From: Seison nebaliae
Taxonomy: Eukaryota
NCBI GenBank assembly: GCA_023231475.1
Contig: JALJEE010001133.1
Span: 1-33,153 of the forward strand
DNA: 33,153 nucleotides
Direction of reading: 5' to 3'
Shown piece by piece: positions 1 to 10,000 of the stretch. The notes beneath the pieces are model-generated. The model saw only the letters and a program-made list of their open reading frames with translations, searched no databases and had not been told where the DNA came from. Numbering within the stretch: position 1 is the first letter of the stretch; the number at the start of each line of letters is the position of its first letter. The position numbers and the translations under genes were made by a program.

Positions 1-1
1 T

Positions 2-217
2 AATCACTCAATCTTCTCCCATACTATTCGTTATTACGATTTACCTCGTGACATTTCTCTTCATGATTTCAGACATTTCATTTTTTCCTACGACCCAATT
101 TCATCCATGCCAATTGATCGTGAATCTCTTACCGTATTACATCACATGATCGATGATGGCAATGATCGTAATTTTTTTAATCTTTTTTCCAATTTATCCC
201 GTCGGGAATTTCAATAA
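2..217 (+). CDS. 3' end of an unidentified gene truncated by the window edge
   Basis: Stop-free frame from the edge (NHSIFSHTIRYYDLPRDISLHDFRHFIFSYDPISSMPIDRESLTVLHHMIDDGNDRNFFNLFSNLSRREFQ*) ending TAA 215-217, followed by AATAAA at 231 and very AT-rich DNA. No family recognised. Confidence 0.5.
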   Translation, partial: NHSIFSHTIRYYDLPRDISLHDFRHFIFSYDPISSMPIDRESLTVLHHMIDDGNDRNFFNLFSNLSRREFQ

Positions 218-816
218 ATTTAATAATAATAATAAAAGCATTAATATTAATCGAAATTTAATGAAATTTTAGTCCTAAATTAACAATTGATAAGATAATA
301 AATATTTTAACATAATTTATTCATAAATTTATTTAGTTTTAAGTGAGCTAAAAGATGTGTAGAAATTTTACAGTTCATAAAATTTTACATACAGGTATTT
401 GGTCGATGGTGATTTCAATAACTAAAACAGAAACAAAACAGTTTACCATTAATCAGGAAAGGCCAAAACCTCATTTTTCGAAAATGCCCAAGTATTACGT
501 CACACTTTAATTTTTTTTATTGTTTATTCATGCATTGTTAATGCATCAAATATTTATCTTTTTTTTTAAAAACTTGAAAGAGTGTTGTACAAGACTAGAT
601 TATAAGATACTATACAAATATTTACTTATAATATAAGATACAAAATTATTCAAATTACCTTATTTGGTAGAAGTTTACATATGTTTATAAATCTCACTAA
701 TGTTTGATTATTGTTCGCGCTGTAGATACTGATGTTCCAAAAAAAGATTTTATAATTAATTATATTAAGTTTTCTTATACTATTTTGAATTTGAGTTTGT
801 AATTTAAATTATATAA

Positions 817-841
817 TCAACCAATGGATAAGATTGGTTGA
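817..841. promoter_or_regulatory. Inverted pair of CCAAT boxes upstream of WDR3
   Basis: TCAACCAAT-ggataag-ATTGGTTGA: perfect 9-bp inverted repeat, each arm containing CCAAT, about 155 bp before the ATG at 995. Confidence 0.45.
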
Positions 842-994
842 CAATTTGAAATATAATAATTTATTAATTAATTTTTTAATATATTTATTTTTTAATATTT
901 ATTAGAAGTTAATGAAGTATAATAATTTTCAAATTGTTTAGAATTTTAATTTGGAAGCTCAATTTCGAGATAAACGTGACTTATTTTGACGAGA

Positions 995-3928
995 ATGGTT
1001 TTAATAAGAAATTATGAAAAGTATAAAAAATGTGAACGATTGGCATCAATTGCAACCGGTTTTGGTGTAAATGAAATAATATATTGGATGAATGAATTAT
1101 ATTTCATAATTTCATCAAATGAATATTTCTTCATTTGGAGTATATCAGACAATAAAATTATTCGAAGAGTCATGTTTGAAAAGAACGAATTGACCGCGAT
1201 CACTTCATACTCTGTAACAGATAAAGATAAATATTTGTTGATTGGTGATCGTAACGGAATTATTGTGAAATATTCTTTCAATTTGTTATTGGAGAATTTT
1301 GATATTGATTCTATCGTACCGGTACCTGAAGATAATCCGATTGTTCTTAGAGGACATCAGTTAGAAGTTGTATGTATTGCATGTGAGAATAATATGAGAG
1401 AGACAATAGCAGCATCGGGTTCGAAAGATAATATTATCATTATTTGGGATATGATAGAGAACTCCGGTCTTTATCAATTAATTTCTCATCATGGTCCAAT
1501 AACATCGCTTCGATTTTTGAAAGGAAACTTAATTTCCTCTTCAAAAGATACGACAATGAAATTGTGGGACTTGTCAACGAAACATTGTTACGGGACAATA
1601 ACTGAACATGAAAAAGAAATTTGGTCAATTGAATTATGTGGAAATCGATATTTGTTGAGTGGATCGATTGATAATCGAGTGAAAATTTTTGAAATTAACA
1701 ATTCTGAAGGAGATGGGAACAAATTGAAGTTTTGTGGAAATATTTCTCGAACGACGAAAGGCAGAGTTATACAAATTAGGACGATACCTTTATCTATGAA
1801 AGGGAAGAATGACGATGATGATGATGAAATGAAAGATGTTGATGATTTTTTAATTTTTGTTATTGGAATTGATAAGAAAATCGATTCATTCTATCTCCCA
1901 ACGACAAATCATTTAAAAGAATTAGTAAAAAAGAGAAAGAAGAAAAGAAAAATGAATGGAGATGATGAAGAAAATTATTTGTCATTAGAAGATGATATTT
2001 TCCGTCGAATTCCTATAACGTTTGGAGAAGAACTTAAGTGGAAAATTAGAAGTATTTCTTTAAATTTCAATGATCGAAATGAACTCTTTCTCAGTTTAAC
2101 GTTTCTTAATGGTAATGTTGAATTGATGAAAATGAAGAATTTCAATAGAAATACAAAGATGATGGAACAAGTGAATAAATTTGAATTCCATCAAATATTG
2201 AATTTGAGGAATTATATTCATGAGGAAGATATCCGATCGTTGGCGATCAATTCATCAAATCAATTAGTTTCCGCTTCATTCAATCAAATACATTTATGGC
2301 AATTACCAAAGAAAAAGAATTGTCTATTGAATGGACGATTGAGCATAATCAGATCGATGAACTTGAAAGAGAATGTGAGGAAAATGAAAGATAATTCAGT
2401 TCTTTGTGTATATTTCGTTCCAAAAGATGTTATAGAAAATCAATCATATATTATTATTGGAATGAAATCGGGTCATATTCAAGTATATAATATCATTAAT
2501 GGAGAATGTATTCAATCGTTGGAAGCACACGATAATTCATCAGTCTGGTGTTTGACATCATATCCAAAGAAAGTTTTCTTTTCATTTGTTTAATCTCTTT
2601 CGTTTCAACTAATTTTATAGAATCAAATAATATCGAGTGGAGGAAATAAACATATAAATATTTATAATATAAATCAGATTGAGAATGGAATTAAATTAGT
2701 TTTAGAGAAACGATTGGAATTGAATGATGTAGGATTTTTTCTAAAAGTTTCCCATGATTCTCGATTGATGGCGATAGCTCTATTGAACAATACAGTTCAA
2801 ATTTTATATTGTGATACTTATAAACAATTTCTCTCATTATATGGTCATCAATTACCTGTGATGAGTTTAGATATTGTTCATGATAATCGTATTATTGTCA
2901 CCGGATCAGCCGATCGAACATGTAAGATTTGGGGTTTAGATTTTGGTGATTGTAGAAAATCATTAATTGCTCATACTGACAGTGTAATGGCGGTATTGTT
3001 TATACCAAATTCTTATACATTCTTTAGTGGAGGAAAAGATGGGAAGATCAAGGAATGGGATGCACAACATTTTACTCATATCACAACAATCGATGCTCAT
3101 TTCAGTGAGATTTGGAGCATGGTTATTAATGAATCTGGATCAATAATAATTTCATCATCTCATGATCGTTGTATAAATGTGTTTGAGAAGAGTGATGAAG
3201 TAATTGTACCACAACTGGAAGAGGATATTCAGATCGAGAAACAATATGAAAATGAATTAAAGAATGATATTGTTACAATTCCAGATATTGTATCTGATGA
3301 AATCAATTTTGCCATTACATGGAAAACATTAGATGCAGTTAAATCGAACGAAAAATTATTGGAAGCCATCGATATTTATTTGAGAGAGAAAAGCGGAAAT
3401 GAAGAACAAACTTCTTTATCAACCGTTTATGTGAGTCGAGGATGTCGAACTTCATTGGAATATATCGGTCTCATTATGAATAGTATACGGACAACTAATT
3501 TACAAGAATGTTTAATGACAATTCCTTATTCACCTTATATCATAGAAATTTTGAGAATTTCCTTAATCTTTCTCAGACAAAGACAATCGATCGAGTTGTT
3601 CAGCCGAACTGTTGTATTCCTATTAAAGTTCTTAAACAATTTTCTCCCATTTATATCTTCTCTTTTATATAGAATTCATCAAAATCGGTTAATGATTAAC
3701 AATGATTGTTATGTTTTAATAAACGACCTACGAGAAGTTATTCGTGACAGAGTTCGCGCAGAAACTGACGAAATTTCAATGAATACCACTGCACTTCAAT
3801 TAGTCGGTAAATTGTATCGGCAGAAAGAACAACATGGAAATATTTTCGAAGCTGTTATAGAAAAAACGAAAAAAAAAGATTTTAATAAAAAATTGAAAAA
3901 AGGATATACATTAACATTGAAATCATAA
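995..3928 (+). CDS. WDR3: WD repeat protein 3 / U3 snoRNP protein UTP12 (Dip2), ~946 aa, 3 exons
   Basis: Exons 995-2572, 2621-3627, 3673-3928; introns 2573-2620 (48 nt) and 3628-3672 (45 nt, in-frame, no stop). N-terminus MVLIRNYEKY resembles WDR3 MGLTKQYLRY. Many WD40 repeats, and the diagnostic LSLYGHQLPVMSLDI..TGSADRTCKIWGLDFGDCRKSLIAHTDSVM. Removing intron 2 restores FLLKIH of the Utp12 C-terminal domain. Confidence 0.95.
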
Positions 3929-4076
3929 GAGTTTCCGTCTGCAAAAATATTTAAAGGGTAAACACTTAGAAATAAATTCTTCTTTTCTTTTATTAAAATT
4001 ACCATTTATTGATTTTTTGATAATTCATCGGTTCCTGTTTCAATTTACTTTCTATGTCCCACAAATTGAGAAAAAT

Positions 4077-4104
4077 GTTCCTATGCAACAAGTTGCTAAG
4101 TAAC
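4077..4104. promoter_or_regulatory. Two tandem RFX X-box-like motifs
   Basis: GTTCCTATGCAAC (4077-4089) and GTTGCTAAGTAAC (4092-4104), both imperfect palindromes resembling GTTGC-n-RGYAAC, 120-150 bp upstream of the ATG at 4224. Confidence 0.55.
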
Positions 4105-4223
4105 CAAGTTTTCATAAAATAAAATTATATAAGGTAGTTTTTCTTTTAGTTCAGTAATTTAGTTTTTTAAAGAAATTTCTTTTATTTTAGATTTTATAAT
4201 TGACTAACTTAGGAAGCGTAAGA

Positions 4224-5110
4224 ATGGCTAAAAAGAAGACCCGTCAACAAAAAATGCGATTGAAGAAGAAAAAAGTTTATAAAATCGCTAAAGATCGTAA
4301 CGGACATACAAGGAAAATCGAGGAAATTTACCCTCCTTCTGTTGTCTATGAATGTCAACGGCTTCATTATATTCGGACTCGAGAAAAACATATTGAAGAT
4401 TTTTATAAAGAGAATAATGAGCTAATCCAAAAGAATTTGTTGCCGATATATATGATTATACCCGGGGCAATTGGAGTTCATATTTATACTACTTAGTTGT
4501 TTATATTTGGATGTTTTTGCAGATGTTGGCATCAATTGGAATAATTGTTTTAATGACATTTCAATTAAAAAAAAACTATTTTGCAAATGGAGAAGGTGGA
4601 GTATTTGTATTACCTGTATTTGGGGTAATAGGAGGAATATTCCTACTTATAGCTGGTTAGTCTATTAATAATGATATTAAATTTTAATAAATTTGGATAG
4701 GTCTTTTAAAAAAAACCGGGATCGTTTGGGCAGCTACGGCTATGGGTTTTCTTGGAGGATTAGCGTGTTTCATATCACTAATACTAGGAATAGTAGCCGC
4801 CGTTAAACCTAAATATGACGTGCCATATGTTGAGACTCCCCCGGCAATGTCCGAAGAAAGTAAAAAGGAAGCAAGGTTATTCGCATTTATATTAATGGCT
4901 CTCGGATTTATTGGAACTGTAAATCTTCTGGGATCCTCAGTGCTTTCGATGGTTAGGAAATGTTATGGGAAGATGATGCAAAATTTGATATATGAAGCAC
5001 CGCCGGAAGAGCAGTTAAACGACGACGGAACAATGAGAGATCATCCTCCAGCAGATGGTCGTGATGAAGGACATGAAGAAGATGAAGATGAAGAAGAATC
5101 AATTTACTGA
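4224..5110 (+). CDS. Four-transmembrane protein (MS4A/CD20-like topology), ~264 aa, 3 exons
   Basis: Exons 4224-4475, 4523-4655, 4701-5110; introns 4476-4522 (47 nt) and 4656-4700 (45 nt) join the frames. Basic N-terminus, four hydrophobic helices (LPIYMIIPGAIGMLASIGIIVL; GVFVLPVFGVIGGIFLLIAGLL; IVWAATAMGFLGGLACFISLILGIVAAV; LFAFILMALGFIGTVNLLGSSVLSMV), acidic C-terminus. Family assignment is by topology only. Confidence 0.75.
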
Positions 5111-5502
5111 AACTTTTCTATAATTTGTTTATGATTCCATTTCACATCAAATTCATTTGACGACATTAAATTTGACGCAATTTATTAAGAATATTAAGCA
5201 ATTAATGATTTTATCCATCGGAATTCGTTAATTCCTAAAAATACTTAATAAACATAAAACATTTTAACTGATGGAACATTTATAATATAACATATAATGG
5301 TAATCGGACCATAATTTAAAGAAAATTGTAGGAATGAGATAATTAGAAATCTGAAAAGAAATAATGATTAAAGAAAGTGGTAAAATTGCGAACATGGGAA
5401 AGTGTTATTTAAAAAAAATTTTAATGTATGAAAAGATGGTGTAAAGAACAATTTGGAAAAGTAAAGAAATAGGAATCAGTTAAGAGAAACATTATGAATT
5501 TT

Positions 5503-6802
5503 TTATAAATCTATGAAATCTTTTGGAGTTAATGTACGTTCGAATGAATCTGGCGAATTGACAGGAGTATAATCACTAAAAAAATCGTCGTCAGTTTGCT
5601 CATTTGCTAGGAACTCATCAAAGTGCTTCAAGCAAATCAAAAATTCTCCAACACAAATATTTTTACTTTCTCCAACGCATTTATCTAATGTATAGAGCGC
5701 AATTGTCAAACGATTCTTCAATACCTCCACATCTATCATATCAGAGAATAATAGTAAAATGAATGAAAATAAATGTTTTCGTCGACATTAATAAAAATTC
5801 ACCTGTCGCATTATTATTAAGATAGCGATTTATTATCTTGTGAATATCAACCTTAGAATGCAAATCAGTTTTATTAAACGCAATTGCTTGTGATAGTTGC
5901 ACGGTTCGTTTTACAGCGTTTAATGTGGAAAACCATTTACTGATATGATTAGAACAAGCAAATAAATGATGACTATATTGCTGCAATACTAATTCCTTTT
6001 GTTTAGTACTGTTTGTGGTGTGAAGATTGAATAAATTCATTATTTCGTACTCTCTCAAATGACTCTTCCACCATTCATTTAACTATTCCAATAATTAAAG
6101 ATTGCATTAGAAAAAAAATTGCTAACTTCCTTAAGTATCTTCTGGTTAGTTTTGAGTACATTGCACAAGTTTACAATAAACGATTTTGAACGAATATATT
6201 TATACTTCTCTGCTTCCTCTTTTGTTAGGGGACAGTTGAAAAAATATTCCCTCAATTTCACAACTTTTTTTACAATTTCTGCAAGTATTTCATCGAACAT
6301 TTCTCCATAAATTTTATCCGCAGCGGTGTTCTTCATTCGTTCAGGAATTATTTTTAATAACGATTCGATTTCTGGTGTAAATTTCAATTGTACACTAGGA
6401 AATGTTTGCGAGAAGCATGAAAAATCTGAATATAAAATGAAATGAAACGGTATCACTTCTTTTGAAGCTGGTTGTAGACGTCTACCACCACCATAATATT
6501 TAAAAGTTATACTCATTGTACCTCGTAGGCCTATTTGGTTACGGAAACATTTTAGTGTTGATATTGTCTTTTCTTTCCCTTCACCAATTTTAGAGTTAAC
6601 CGTGTAAACTTTTAGTTCGCCACCTTATTAATTGAAATCATAAGAAACTTTAACGGAAAGAGAGTAAACTTATTAATTGTTCTTTCCATTTTCGATCTTG
6701 AAAAGTTTGATATGCTGTTTTTTCTTCCTTATCATCAATGATAATCCATTTACCTTCGTCATTTAAGATTTTTCTATCATTTATTCCATTACCGGTTAAC
6801 AT
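5503..6802 (-). CDS. Uncharacterised ~379 aa protein with C2-domain-like motifs, 4 exons
   Basis: Exons 6802-6670, 6623-6127, 6082-5803, 5732-5503; introns 6624-6669 (46 nt), 6083-6126 (44 nt), 5733-5802 (70 nt) are all GT-AG and phase-compatible, joining three ORF-track pieces. C2-like segments: RGTMSITFKYYGGGRRL, VKRT..AFNKT, LKNRLTIALYTLDK..KNICVGEFLICL. Confidence 0.75.
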
Positions 6803-7084
6803 TTCAAATTTGGAAATCTGTTGGAATTGAAATGAGTATATGGGAGAAGGGAGAAAGAAATCATCTGTTGCAAAAATTAGTGCGACAATTTATATAGAAG
6901 TTTAATCTCTTACTCCCAATGCGTTGCATTGTCACATTGTTAATTAAAAAAAAAATAAAGTAAAATTTTTTATGAATGTTTTCAAATTTATATAAAAAGG
7001 TGAAAATTTATTCCATTGTTAGATTGAAAGAGGTAGAATAGAAAAAATTAATTGAACAATTTGTTTAATCATCATTTGCCCACT

Positions 7085-10000
7085 ATGAGATACCAAACTC
7101 TTCAACCTCTAATCGAAAGGCTGACGAGGAGATTAGACGAGCCATATGCCGATGAATTAGCATGTTACCATCTGGGGGATGGTATTCTTTTTGGAATAAA
7201 TTGTTTATCCGGATCAACAACATTTGCCATTATTAGCGTTCTTGTTACTAAAGTGGCTGGACCGGCTTCTTTTATTGGCGTAATCTTGGCCACTTTTCAT
7301 GCATTATTAAATGCAAGTTGCATAGCAGAACTAACAAGTTGTATTGAACGTGGTGGTTCCACTTATACTATCGTTTATACGGTCTTGGGAGAATTTTTCG
7401 CTTTTCTCCTCGGTTGGTCCATGTTTATCAGTCTTATAGGTCTTAGTGCAGTCACTGCTCAAAGTATGTCGTTTACTATTGATGCAATAATAAACGGACG
7501 ATATCAATTATGGGCAAGAACGTCTATGAGATTATGGACATTATCTGCTAAGAATGCTAATCCACCAATGGCGATATTTCCAGATCTGATGGCCGGTTTC
7601 TTTATCTTTATAATCTTCATCATTTTATATAGAACAAATTTTGGATGGAGCATCGCAAATGGCACAATATCATTGATATATATGATTTTTATCTTTGGTT
7701 TGGTCACCGTTGGGTTTGCTATAGCTGATTATGGAAATATTTCATATAATGGAGGCATGGTACCATTAGGATTTTCGTCAATATTACATGCGACTGTGGT
7801 TGCATCTTACATGTATGTGGGAATTGATTTTATTCCTCTAATACATAATCAAATGGTGGATAGTACAAGAGATACCCCAAGAGCCATAATGTATTCGGTA
7901 TTCATTGTTGGTATGTTTAATGTGTTGCTAACATTTTTAGTACCATTAATAGCCCCATGGTTCCTTCTAAATCCACATGGGGCTTATCAATCTGCTTTAC
8001 AACTCGCTCAAAAAGCGGATTGGGGACAATTTATGGTAAATCTTGCGCCATTATTTGCATTAGCGGCTTCATTACCCGCGTTCATGTTCTGTCAGGCCAA
8101 ACTAAGTTATATGATGGCCAATGATGGTTTATTAGCTCAAACTTTTTATCGTGTGGATGTAAGGACGAATGTTGCTACCAACGCCGTTTTCTTTACATCT
8201 GTTTTCACATGGTTTTTAGCTGTATTTTTTGATGTCCAACAACTCATCGGTTTTGTTAATATTTCTTCATATGTCGGATATACTATAGTATGTGTTTCTC
8301 TCATAATGTCACGGATTCACGCAATGGACACGGGACAATTTTGTATGTGTCGTCCTAAACGCATTAGTAAAAAGAGTACTGATAATAAAAAGCTGGACAC
8401 GAAACCTCCTAAAATTAAAAAAATTCGTGAACCAAAAGAACCAAAAGAGCGCCAAGAAAAAAAGGAAAAGAAAAAGGAAGCAGAATCACCGTCAAAAAAT
8501 AATAATTCATTATCTGGCGGTTCTGATGGTGCTACTGTTGGATTAATTCTTCCAAAAGCAGCCGGGTCAGTTACTGTGATTAAGAAAAGACCTAGAAAGA
8601 AAAGACATAAAAAAAAGGACGGTTCTTCAACCTCTATATCTTCTAAACAATCCCAAGAAGGAGGCGAATCAAAAAAAGAATACAAATCATCAAACAAAGC
8701 AACCGTGCCTCAACTCGGGAAGTATGGAGCTTCCGGAAAAATAAAGAAACCTAAGAAGAAAAGAAAAGGTAAGAGAACTAGTCAATCAAGTAGTCGATCA
8801 TCCTCCAATTCACTAGCATTACCATCCGGTAAACGAAAAAAACGTAATCGCCGCAAGCCAAAAAAAGGTAAGAAACCAGCAAAAAAAGGTAAGAAACTAG
8901 CAAAATCAGCTAATCAGTCTAATTCTGAAGGTCTCCAGTTAAAAAGTAGAAGATTTTGGAGTTATGATTCATATTCTGTAAACAAATCATCTATATCTGA
9001 TCATTCCAAGAATAAAAACGAATCTAATAAGAAGAAAAACAATGAAAATGAAAAAATTTTAAAATATCGAGGTGCTCGATCTTGGGGTTCTAAATTTCAA
9101 ATTAGGAAATCGGTAATTAAAAGCAATTCATCGATCTCTACCACATATAAAGAGAAAATTAAACAAAAAAGAGAACGAAAAAAAAGTCATGATGATGAAA
9201 AGGAAAAATTATTTCAAGAAATATTATCACTATCAGGTGAGAAGGGCAAATCACAAACTGGAAAAACAGATAAACAGAGTTCACTCCAAAAAGCATCAAT
9301 TTCTACGTCTGTTACGATATTACAAAATAATGATAGCTCGAAATGTCGAAGTAGACATGGTGGAAAAACTCTGAAAACTGTTCAAAAATCTTTAAATAAT
9401 CAAAGGAATCGAAATTTAAAGAATAAGGATACTCGTAAAAGTCACAAACATCATTTATATGGATATTTTCACAACAATCGTAATCAAAATCGACATGTTC
9501 TAGAAGATAATTCAAAAACTCGAAGATCATCAACTGTTTCTCACAAAACAAATAACAAAAAAATGCAGCAAAAAATTGAATCTAATTACGGTAAATTGAG
9601 AAGTCAATCAAAATCATTGGCTAAAACCTTTCGTGAAGCGAATTCTTCAGAACAAATATTTGAACAAACTGGTTCTCGATTTGAGATTCAGCGAAATCGA
9701 AGAATTGACCATCAGCAATCTCATCGTAATAAATCAGACACATCCAGTCCATTATTAGTATCTAAAAGAGTTCCACACAAGAAGCGTAAAAAGAACGAAA
9801 TTAGCAATGAAATATCAATTCCTTCAGAGACTTTCAATACTGTATATCGATCGATTGATAACAAGTTTCAAGTTAGAAGATCTGGAAATTGTGTAGCGGT
9901 ACCAGAAATGGGATTGTCAAAATTTCCCGAGGATAAATCTAAAAGTCCGAAAAATGAACGTCTAACCAAAAATTTTAACGTGAAAGATGTTCAAATAAAA

